Shown: positions 1-6,247, numbered from the stretch's first letter. The stretch: 7,572 nt of DNA from a virus (IMGVR_UViG_2531839329_000009); one strand, 5' to 3'. Program-made: numbers and translations. The notes: generated by a model not told the origin, from the sequence alone.

Positions 1-516
1 CCAGTTGCGCCGTCATGCGTGGCGACATTGCCCAGCCAATAACGGCACGTGACCACAGGTCAATGACCACTGCCAGATACAGCCAGCCTTCATCTGTACT
101 AAGTACGTGATGTCTCCTGCCCACTTCTGGTTCGGGCCACTGGCGTAAAAATCCTGCTCCAACAGATTTTCTGACACAGGCAGGCCGTGTGCGCGGTAGC
201 TGACCGGGCTGAACTTCCGGGAGGCCTTTGCCCTCAGTCCCTGACGGCGCAGGCTTGCCGCCACGGTTTTTACGTTAAAGGGGTAACCCTGAGCACGCAG
301 TTCATCCGTCAGGCGTGGGGCACCGTAACGCTGTTTTGACCGGGTAAAAGCCGCGAGGACAACGCTGTCGCAGTGTTGGCGGAACTGCTGACGCGTGCTT
401 ATCCTTGTCCGCCGCTGACACCACGTATACCAGCCGCTGCGGGCCACCCGGAACACGCGGCACATTGCTTTGATGCTGAACTCAGCCTGATGTTTTTCAA
501 TAAAGACATACTTCAT
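1..516 (-). pseudogene. insF: IS3 transposase OrfB (InsF), frameshifted and cut by the window edge
   Basis: The ATG-initiated frame (516 down to 13) matches InsF up to ...GDITYL, then diverges (VQMKAGCIW...) and stops at 13-15. The DDE-core sequence [31 protein letters not shown] continues in a different frame across 1-93, consistent with a 1-nt deletion near plus-strand 99/100. Confidence 0.7.
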
Positions 517-812
517 TTCAGGCGCTTCGCGAAGTATGTCGCGGCCTTTTGGAGGATAGCCAGCTCTTCATCCCGTTCTGCCAGCTGGCGTTTGAGACGT
601 GCAATCTCGGTAGACATCTCCAGTTCACGTTCAGAAGACGTCTGCTGATTTTGCTGTTTACTGCGCCAGTTGTAGAGTTGTGATTCATACAGGCTGAGTT
701 CACGGGCTGCGGCAGTAACACCGATGCGTTCAGCAAGCTTCAGGGCTTCACTGCGAAATTCAGGCGAATGCTGTTTACGGGGTTTTTTACTGGTTGATAC
801 TGTTTTTGTCAT
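513..812 (-). CDS. insE: IS3 transposase OrfA (InsE), 99 aa
   Basis: ATG at 812-810 preceded by AGGTG. The protein matches IS3 InsE essentially along its whole length from memory. The ORF track extends it to an in-frame GTG at 821. Confidence 0.9.
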   Translation of the reverse strand: MTKTVSTSKKPRKQHSPEFRSEALKLAERIGVTAAARELSLYESQLYNWRSKQQNQQTSSERELEMSTEIARLKRQLAERDEELAILQKAATYFAKRLK

Positions 813-838
813 GTGAGTCACCTCTGACTGAGAGTTTA

Positions 839-877
839 CTCACTTAGCCGCGTGTCCACTATTGCTGGGTAAGATCA
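839..877 (-). repeat. IS3 terminal inverted repeat (IRL); element terminus at 877
   Basis: ...ccactattgctgggtaagatca at 856-877 is the reverse complement of the TGATCTTACCCAGCAATAGTGG terminus. Similarity to known IS3 stops abruptly after 877. IR length is approximate. Confidence 0.6.
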
Positions 878-989
878 TTACCAAAAGACTGCCGAATAAT
901 CTTCTTCCATGGCAAACCGCGACCGCGTGAAGTGTCAGAGGATTGGCTTCCTCTCATTAGCGCGTTTTTTGAGCGAGAATCAGAATAAT

Positions 990-1019
990 ATTGCTCTAAT
1001 AATTCAATATTTTTAAAAC
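990..1019 (+). promoter_or_regulatory. Copy A of a duplicated 30-bp AT-rich element (ATTGCTCTAATAA-N6-ATTTTTAAAAC); promoter-like
   Basis: 26/30 identical to 3131-3160, including exact 13-nt and 11-nt blocks. Contains TTGCTC (991-996) and TAAAAC (1014-1019) separated by 17 bp. Lies 51 bp upstream of the ATG at 1070. Confidence 0.45.
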
Positions 1020-1069
1020 GTGATGTACACTCATAACGTTTTTTATTAGAACAATCTACAAGGTGCACT

Positions 1070-1288
1070 ATGTGGCCATTCCGACGGAAATATCACTACT
1101 GGCTGATCGCCTTTGTTACGCCGACCGGCGGTATCAGGCATGTCATCACCAGGTATCGCAACAAGAGACTCACCTTAGCCAGAATTTTACAGGCTGCCAT
1201 AGGGGAGGGACTGGATACAAATTGCGTAGTCCTTCCTCCTTCATACTTAGGAAAAATGACCGAAGCACAAGCTAATACGGAACTTTGA
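1070..1288 (+). CDS. Hypothetical 72-aa protein; possible upstream ORF coupled to the 1290 gene
   Basis: ATG at 1070 with AGGTG 4-9 nt upstream. Stop TGA 1286-1288 lies 1 nt before the ATG at 1290 (TGAAATG). No recognisable motif. Confidence 0.3.
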   Translation: MWPFRRKYHYWLIAFVTPTGGIRHVITRYRNKRLTLARILQAAIGEGLDTNCVVLPPSYLGKMTEAQANTEL

Positions 1289-1289
1289 A

Positions 1290-2552
1290 ATGAGCACTTC
1301 AGCACAAAACCAATCAATCGAAAATGTATCTATCCCTGACGTCCTGAATGCCGGTATCCCGGCCATTATCCAGAACATCCGGGCCGCGCAACGCCGCGTT
1401 AGTTGTGATGACCTCACAGCGCGTTTTTTTGATAATGCGGTTCAGTCAGCGGAGATGCTTCACGCACAGCTTATTGATGTTTATAACGCAGAAGCTGATA
1501 GCCATAACTCCCTGGTAGATGCAGCTGAAAATATGCAGTTGGATCTCGGTCTGAAGGGTAAAGAAATTGAAGAGCTTCAGCTGCAAATTGAACATTTGAA
1601 ACGCCAGCAACAGGACGCGATCGACGATGCGACGCATGACGCCAACCAGCGTGCTGATAATGCCGAACGTATAAGCATTGAGCTGGAAACAAAACTCAAT
1701 GAAATGACCGCGATGGTTGAACTGCGGAACTCACAGATTTCAACGCTAAAATCTCAATATAAAGAGATCATGAAACTTGATCCTTTTAACCTTGAGAAAC
1801 GCTATAACAAAGCTAAAAGCGAGCGACAGGAACTGCGTAAGCAGGTCGCCGATCTTAACCAACAGCTCAAAAAAACTATTAAAGATGCAAGCGAAGCGCG
1901 CGTGGCATTTGCTAATAAAAAAGCAGAGGTTACCGCGCTGGTTAATGAAAATGCTAAATTTGCGACGCTCAAGAAGGAAATGTATGGCATTACTGAGCGC
2001 CGTTTTCCTGCAAGCAAACTCCATCCGACGTTAGGGCAAATCTCATTCTTCCCGCGCCTCCTGGCTTATGGGATCTCATCGCCTAAAGAGTTCAATAACG
2101 AGCGTCCTTATATCGTTTCTAAGCTGGACTTTGCTTATCAGTTCTGCTGCGACATGGGCTATGCCATTGATATCCGAATCAACGAATGGTTGATGCCAAA
2201 CTTCCAGCCGTTGGCAATTTTCCGCGAGTTCCAGCCGGAAGGTTGGGTAGAGTTCTTCCATGAATTGATCTGTAAAGAGATGGAAAGCCGCCGCCCGGAA
2301 CTGGTCCGTCGAGTTGAGTGGGCGCAAGAGGTTATGTTGGCAGATGCAGAGCTGCCGTTCGAACCGGAATTTATTGATGATCTGGCAGCTAAAGGGCTGC
2401 ATACCCTGTTTGATGTGGTTACCCGCCGTCATGAGCAGTTGGTTGTCGAATTGGGTTTAGAGGAAACAGCGGCAAGAAGACTTCTTGATGTTTGCTATGC
2501 ACTTAGCGATGCATGGGAAAAAGTGAACGGCGGCACTATTTACGTTCGCTGA
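1290..2552 (+). CDS. Hypothetical 420-aa protein: central coiled-coil (~aa 60-230) plus C-terminal globular domain of unknown function
   Basis: Longest ORF in the window. Heptad-like, charge-rich segment (EELQLQIEHLKRQQQ..., ...RQELRKQVADLNQQLKK...). Strong intrinsic terminator directly downstream. No catalytic motif recognised by eye. Confidence 0.75.
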   Translation: MSTSAQNQSIENVSIPDVLNAGIPAIIQNIRAAQRRVSCDDLTARFFDNAVQSAEMLHAQLIDVYNAEADSHNSLVDAAENMQLDLGLKGKEIEELQLQIEHLKRQQQDAIDDATHDANQRADNAERISIELETKLNEMTAMVELRNSQISTLKSQYKEIMKLDPFNLEKRYNKAKSERQELRKQVADLNQQLKKTIKDASEARVAFANKKAEVTALVNENAKFATLKKEMYGITERRFPASKLHPTLGQISFFPRLLAYGISSPKEFNNERPYIVSKLDFAYQFCCDMGYAIDIRINEWLMPNFQPLAIFREFQPEGWVEFFHELICKEMESRRPELVRRVEWAQEVMLADAELPFEPEFIDDLAAKGLHTLFDVVTRRHEQLVVELGLEETAARRLLDVCYALSDAWEKVNGGTIYVR

Positions 2553-2573
2553 TAGTTACAGTGTCACTTTTAA

Positions 2574-2605
2574 TGCTGGTGGAGTGCGCCCACCAGCATT
2601 TTTTT
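2574..2605 (+). terminator. Rho-independent terminator after the 420-aa gene
   Basis: Perfect 9-bp stem TGCTGGTGG (2574-2582) / CCACCAGCA (2590-2598), 7-nt loop, then T7 run 2599-2605. Begins 22 nt after the stop codon at 2550-2552. Confidence 0.7.
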
Positions 2606-2624
2606 CGTCCAATGAGGAGGGCAT

Positions 2625-3131
2625 TTGAGTATTTTCAATAAACACGCACACCAGGAACGTCCGTACATTGTCATAGTAGATATTGATGGAACGATATCGG
2701 AGGCAACGGAAGACAGGCTGCATTTACTTCCACCGCCTGGCAACGGTGCATTAACAGAGCACTGGAACGAGTTTAACCTTGCCTGTGACACTGATGCTTC
2801 CATCACTCCAGTTATTGATATGGTGCGCCAGTTGTCCAGCATTTACACGCTCTGGTTTGTAACCGGGCGCTGTGAGATAGCCAGGGATAAAACACGAGCC
2901 TGGTTGCGTAAGCACGTAACAAATGGGGCAGAGCCTTTGCTATCTATGCGTCCCGCCACCGATGACAGAAATGACGGTCCAGCAAAGATTGATCTCCTTA
3001 AGAAAATTGGTCTAAGCAAAATTGCGTTCGCGCTGGAAGATAAGATTGAAGTGGCGCGTGTTTTCAGGAGGCACGGCGTGCTTACGTTAATGGTCAGGGA
3101 GTATGAAAACGCGCTTCTCCATCAACAATAA
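2625..3131 (+). CDS. HAD-superfamily phosphatase, small capless type (168 aa)
   Basis: TTG start at 2625 preceded by consensus SD GAGGAGG (2614-2620). Motif I DIDGT at aa 19-23 after a hydrophobic strand (YIVIVDIDGT). Motif II-like WFVTGR. Downstream Lys (AKIDLLKK) and acidic motif (ALEDK). Confidence 0.75.
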   Translation: MSIFNKHAHQERPYIVIVDIDGTISEATEDRLHLLPPPGNGALTEHWNEFNLACDTDASITPVIDMVRQLSSIYTLWFVTGRCEIARDKTRAWLRKHVTNGAEPLLSMRPATDDRNDGPAKIDLLKKIGLSKIAFALEDKIEVARVFRRHGVLTLMVREYENALLHQQ

Positions 3132-3160
3132 TTGCTCTAATAAATAATGATTTTTAAAAC
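3131..3160 (+). promoter_or_regulatory. Copy B of the duplicated 30-bp AT-rich element; promoter-like
   Basis: See copy A. Overlaps the HAD stop codon (3129-3131) and lies 70 bp upstream of the ATG at 3230. TTGCTC at 3132-3137 and TAAAAC at 3155-3160 with 17-bp spacing. Confidence 0.45.
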
Positions 3161-3167
3161 AGAGAAA

Positions 3168-3202
3168 GTGAAAATAAAAACATGCCGCAAGGCGCGGCAT
3201 GT
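3168..3202 (-). terminator. Hairpin with flanking A-tract; oriented like a minus-strand intrinsic terminator
   Basis: Perfect 9-bp stem ACATGCCGC (3180-3188) / GCGGCATGT (3194-3202) with 5-nt loop. The plus-strand A-rich run 3168-3180 becomes a U-tract only for minus-strand transcripts. No U-tract on the plus side. Confidence 0.35.
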
Positions 3203-3229
3203 ATCCAATCAATCACAGGAGCTGAAAAT

Positions 3230-3316
3230 ATGAACACGGCATTCAAAATCATTATGGCCGCGATCTATTTCTGGCTGTTCTCTATCACTTTTGGCGGCAT
3301 CGTCGCACATGGGTAA
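3230..3316 (+). CDS. Small hydrophobic peptide (28 aa, MNTAFKIIMAAIYFWLFSITFGGIVAHG); predicted single transmembrane helix
   Basis: ATG at 3230 with AGGAG at 3217-3221 (8-nt spacing). Stop TAA 3314-3316 lies inside the SD of the next gene. Too short for the ORF track. Confidence 0.4.
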   Translation: MNTAFKIIMAAIYFWLFSITFGGIVAHG

Positions 3317-3325
3317 GGGGGATGC

Positions 3326-3904
3326 ATGAAAGGCGAAGTGAAAGAGCGCGGCATGATTTTTAACGATGAGATGGTCCGGGCAATTCTTGGCGGGAATAAA
3401 ACACAGACTCGCAGGATTGTTGAAGAAAAATTCTATGGACGGGCAGTGGCCGCAGAGTTGCTTGCCAAGCATTGTCCATATGGTCAACCGGGCGATCGTA
3501 TTTGGGTTCGCGAAACCTACCGGGTACATGGCAAAGCGACGGACGTCGCAACGCTGGTTTATCGCGCAAGCGTGCGTAACTCCTGGACAGAACAAACGCA
3601 CCGGGTTCCGGTCGAGGTTTGTAATAAACCAGTATCAGAAAAGTGGACGCCATCAATTCACATGCCGCGCTGGGCATCGCGCATTCTTTTGGAAATTACC
3701 GACGTGCGTGTGGAACGGCTGCATGACATGAGCGAGGAAGATGCTAAAGCAGAAGGCGCAACTCCGGCGACGTACAAGATTACGCCATCTGAAGCTGTTT
3801 ATCGCGTTGGTTTTGGTGATATCTGGCGCAGTATTTACGGGCAGGATAACTGGCTATCTAACCAGTTGGTATGGGTAATCGAGTTTAAGCGCATTCAGGA
3901 ATAA
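3326..3904 (+). CDS. ASCH (PUA-like) domain protein, 192 aa
   Basis: SD AAGGGGGA then ATG 3326. N-terminal FNDEMVRAILGGNKTQTRR resembles the ASCH GxKxxExR-type motif (compare E. coli YqfB ...DILAGRKTITIR...). GDRIWVRE and C-terminal VWVIEFK also parallel YqfB (GDVLRV, YVIEFK). Alternative start at ATG 3353. Confidence 0.8.
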   Translation: MKGEVKERGMIFNDEMVRAILGGNKTQTRRIVEEKFYGRAVAAELLAKHCPYGQPGDRIWVRETYRVHGKATDVATLVYRASVRNSWTEQTHRVPVEVCNKPVSEKWTPSIHMPRWASRILLEITDVRVERLHDMSEEDAKAEGATPATYKITPSEAVYRVGFGDIWRSIYGQDNWLSNQLVWVIEFKRIQE

Positions 3905-3907
3905 ACC

Positions 3908-4280
3908 GTGAGTATGCATCAAGTCGTCAGCTTTTCAGGTGGACGAACATCGGCTTATCTCGTTCATCTGATGGAAGCACAGCGAAAAGCTGGCGTTAGC
4001 GTCCATTTCATTTTTATGGATAGCAGAACTGGAAAGCAACGAAGTCCGTGAAGTCGGAAATCAGTTTCTTGTTGTTCGCCATCCTGGGAAAACTCCTGTC
4101 ATCAAGCACTGCACTGGTGACCTGGAAGAGTTTCTGCGGAAGTTAATCGAACAAGACCCGTTAGTAACTATCGACATCATTACGCATCGCTATTACGGGA
4201 TTGGCGGTCAATGGGTTCAGGATGCAGTTGAGTATCTGCATATGATGTCTGACGCTGGCATTCGCATCAAAGGAGAGTGA
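3908..4280 (+). pseudogene. Disrupted ORF with PP-loop-like N-terminus (VVSFSGGRTSAYLVHL); apparent frameshift
   Basis: A frame starting GTG 3908 / ATG 3914 stops at 4049-4051 after 45 codons. A second frame is open 3972-4280 with no start codon and ends 1 nt before the next gene. One indel within 3972-4048, for example in the T5 run 4011-4015, would restore a ~122-codon ORF that exactly fills the gap between flanking genes. Confidence 0.4.
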
Positions 4281-4281
4281 T

Positions 4282-4797
4282 ATGGCGTTAACACACCGCG
4301 AACTCTGTCAGATTGCGTACAAGTTCCTTAAGCGCAACGGGTTCAAGGTTTGTTTTCATGACCGCTTTATAGCTGTAACCAGTACCGGAGAACAGCCAGA
4401 TGCTATGGGATTCAGAAATTCAGCATCATGCCTGATAGAGGCGAAGTGTTCTCGTGCTGACTTGTTGGCAGATAGAAAAAAGCGTTTTCGTAAAAATCCG
4501 TCTCTTGGAATGGGCGACTGGCGATTCTTTATTAGTGAGCCGGGAATTATTTCAATTGAGGATTTACCACCTGGCTGGGGATTACTTCACGTTGTTAACG
4601 GAAGAGTACGGAAAGTACATGGGTGGCCCAAGGGTAATTGCTGTTGGGGTAATCCTGACGATAAGCCATTTACTGGAAATAAGCAGGTTGAATGCGATTA
4701 CATGTTATCTGCATTAAGGCGCATGGAGTTGAGAGGGCACCTTAATGAAATATATGACGGTGTAATTGTTAATAAGAAAGAAGGAAACGCGGCATGA
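4282..4797 (+). CDS. MmcB-like PD-(D/E)xK nuclease-fold protein, 171 aa
   Basis: Strong SD AGGAG (4271-4275) then ATG 4282. Motif ...GEQPDAMGF...CLIEAKCSRADLLADRKKRF gives D40 and E53-x-K55, the PD...(E)xK arrangement followed by the SRADL signature I associate with the MmcB-like family. Stop overlaps the next start (ATGA at 4794-4797). Confidence 0.75.
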   Translation: MALTHRELCQIAYKFLKRNGFKVCFHDRFIAVTSTGEQPDAMGFRNSASCLIEAKCSRADLLADRKKRFRKNPSLGMGDWRFFISEPGIISIEDLPPGWGLLHVVNGRVRKVHGWPKGNCCWGNPDDKPFTGNKQVECDYMLSALRRMELRGHLNEIYDGVIVNKKEGNAA

Positions 4798-5675
4798 CCA
4801 CTATTACCAAAGAGCGACTACTGACAATCAAGCAGTGGCGCGAAACATACGGACCTGGTAGCAACGTTGTACTGCCAGCAGAAGAAGCGGAAGAACTGGC
4901 ACGAATTGCTCTGGCATCACTGGAAGCAAAACCAATAGGTGCATTCCACATTGCAGAACAGCAAGTTGACGGCACAAGTGACTACCTCAAGGATGGAGAA
5001 TGGCCTATTGATAATGGAATTATTGAGGTCTACGCCGCTCCCCCCGTTCCAGTAGTACCGGAAGAAAAACCAATGCCTAACGCTCTAAGCATGCTTGAAA
5101 GAGAGATCACACAACTGATTGGTGATGCGCAGGAAGCCACTGTTACTGGCTATGAGTTAATCGCTGAAGCTTGGCGTTTGATGGATGGACAAGACCCTAA
5201 AACCAGCGATTGGCATAGCAAGGCTTCGAAGTATTTAAATTCCAATATTGTAGAAAAAGTTGATGATGACCGTATTGATGCAATTAAGGCTGTTTTGCGT
5301 AGACTGGCTGGCAACTATCCGGATATTCCGGATAGTTCGGTGCCTACGCCAGGAAAGGGCGTCACCGGTGAACGTATCCGCATTAAGCCGCATGTTTATC
5401 GCGAACTGGTTAACCGTCTCCACGATACAGCGATCAAGTGTGCTGGCACCCAGCAATTACGAGAAAGAATTAGCCGTGTTTTGGGCGACGTTATTACGCC
5501 ATATCATCATAAACAAGCCGAGAAAAGCGGTCTGGAAAGGTGTCATCTTGAGGCAGCATTAAACATTAAGCCGGGGCATACGCTTGGCATTATTGATGCA
5601 CTGTTGGTTCATAAGATGGCCAGGGCTTTATTGTCGTTGGTGGACGCTGGTGATACAAGCGAGGGTGAAGTATGA
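4794..5675 (+). CDS. Hypothetical protein, 293 aa, acidic, no recognisable motif
   Basis: ATG 4794 with AAGGA 8 nt upstream. Translationally coupled on both sides (ATGA overlaps at 4794-4797 and 5672-5675). Composition is protein-like throughout. Confidence 0.75.
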   Translation: MTTITKERLLTIKQWRETYGPGSNVVLPAEEAEELARIALASLEAKPIGAFHIAEQQVDGTSDYLKDGEWPIDNGIIEVYAAPPVPVVPEEKPMPNALSMLEREITQLIGDAQEATVTGYELIAEAWRLMDGQDPKTSDWHSKASKYLNSNIVEKVDDDRIDAIKAVLRRLAGNYPDIPDSSVPTPGKGVTGERIRIKPHVYRELVNRLHDTAIKCAGTQQLRERISRVLGDVITPYHHKQAEKSGLERCHLEAALNIKPGHTLGIIDALLVHKMARALLSLVDAGDTSEGEV

Positions 5676-6034
5676 GAGTTGCAGATCACATCAAACACCT
5701 TGAAAGAATTATCGAAAACGGTGAACTCTTAAGAGATCAGATGAGACGCACGGCAGAAGCCAGGGAGGCGATAATCCGCAGTCAGGCTGGTAAATTAAAG
5801 CAATTGTCAGAGATTAACACGCTATACAAGAACAGACGTAACCGGGCGGTGATGCGGCTTCAGAAAGCACGTAATGAAATTAAATTGGTGGAGGCAAAAC
5901 TGAAAAAACAGATCCAGCGTTACGATCAGCAAGATGCTTTTTATGCCGCCATCAAGGCGGCTGCTAATGAAATAGGCATCTGGAAGTTGCTGGTGGAGAA
6001 AGCAAAGACGAAGTTAAATGCCAACGAAAGCTGA
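5672..6034 (+). CDS. Hypothetical basic coiled-coil protein, 120 aa
   Basis: ATG 5672 overlapping the upstream stop, with GAGGG upstream. Charged heptad-like sequence (LRDQMRRTAEAREAIIRSQAGKLKQL..., EIKLVEAKLKKQIQRYDQQ). Last gene of the coupled operon. Confidence 0.7.
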   Translation: MRVADHIKHLERIIENGELLRDQMRRTAEAREAIIRSQAGKLKQLSEINTLYKNRRNRAVMRLQKARNEIKLVEAKLKKQIQRYDQQDAFYAAIKAAANEIGIWKLLVEKAKTKLNANES

Positions 6035-6093
6035 ACTACAGGTGCCCACCAGCACATACAGAAAATGATTGTTTCCACATCAAGGAGATTTTA

Positions 6094-6110
6094 ATGTTTC
6101 ACTGAAACAT
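6094..6110. promoter_or_regulatory. Perfect 17-bp palindrome ATGTTTCA-c-TGAAACAT
   Basis: Read directly from the sequence. It sits where the plus-strand operon and the minus-strand small ORF converge and overlaps that ORF's stop codon (6110-6112). The same half-site recurs at 6361-6378. Confidence 0.3.
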
Positions 6111-6247
6111 TAAGTAAGCCAGTGCATAATTCCATTTTTTACTGACCTTAAAAGCAAAATCAAAACGATGATGAGGATAATAGCCAGAATCTGGCTAATA
6201 ATAGGCGCATCTAAAAATGCACTCAGGAACTGAAAAAAAGCGTTCAT
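6110..6247 (-). CDS. Small hydrophobic protein, 45 aa (MNAFFQFLSAFLDAPIISQILAIILIIVLILLLRSVKNGIMHWLT); single TM helix then basic tail
   Basis: Minus-strand ATG at 6247-6245 with AAGGA about 9 nt upstream. Below the ORF-track size cutoff. An AT-rich context can produce hydrophobic ORFs by chance, so this is tentative. Confidence 0.35.
   Translation of the reverse strand: MNAFFQFLSAFLDAPIISQILAIILIIVLILLLRSVKNGIMHWLT

Larger units (their letters stand above)
1..877 (-). mobile_element. IS3 insertion sequence, partial (IRL-proximal ~877 bp; remainder off the left edge)
   Basis: Minus-strand ORFs translate to IS3 InsE ([31 protein letters not shown]...) and the InsF N-terminus ([13 protein letters not shown]...GDITYL). 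Plus strand 839-877 is the reverse complement of the IS3 left end (TGATCTTACCCAGCAATAGTGGACACGCGG...). orfA stop and orfB start overlap as ATGA at 513-516. Confidence 0.9.

Noticed and set aside
373-736. Plus-strand ORF 373-648 and minus-strand ORF 518-736 inside IS3
   Set aside because: Alternative-frame or antisense ORFs overlapping the known IS3 transposase genes; no independent support.
878-988. Plus-strand frame open from the IS3 junction for 36 codons (LPKDCRIIFFHGKPRP...), possible C-terminal remnant of a gene split by IS3
   Set aside because: Too short to judge and with no recognisable motif. It competes with the antisense frame and the upstream half would be beyond the window.
859-1068. 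Minus-strand ORF (69 aa) crossing the IS3 terminus
   Set aside because: It spans the IS3/cargo junction and the AT-rich promoter-like region, starts at GTG without an SD, and has low-complexity content. More likely a chance frame.
1063-1317. ORF 1063-1275 (+) and ORF 1096-1317 (-)
   Set aside because: Overlapping alternative frames of the 1070-1288 region. The 1070 frame has the better RBS and stop/start coupling, and even that is low confidence.
1446-2432. Five ORFs overlapping the 420-aa gene: 1446-1637, 1471-1692, 1746-2024, 1802-2017 and 2076-2432 on the minus strand, plus 1777-2034 on the plus strand
   Set aside because: All are fully embedded in, or out of frame with, the long coiled-coil CDS. 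None has a ribosome-binding site or motif, which is typical of shadow ORFs.
2570-2842. Minus-strand ORF (90 aa) across the terminator and HAD gene start
   Set aside because: Antisense to the well-supported HAD gene and running through the terminator hairpin; no start signals.
3209-3731. ORFs 3209-3601 (-), 3360-3677 (-) and 3366-3731 (+) overlapping the ASCH gene
   Set aside because: Shadow ORFs of the ASCH coding frame, which carries recognisable family motifs.
4454-5562. ORFs 4454-4717 (+), 4769-4975 (-), 5235-5456 (-) and 5260-5562 (+)
   Set aside because: Embedded in or antisense to the coupled operon genes 4282-4797 and 4794-5675; no signals.
6041-6056. GCCCACCAGCA shared with the 3' arm of the 2574-2605 terminator
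   Set aside because: An 11-nt match is expected by chance several times in a window this size, and here it lacks the complementary arm and T-tract.
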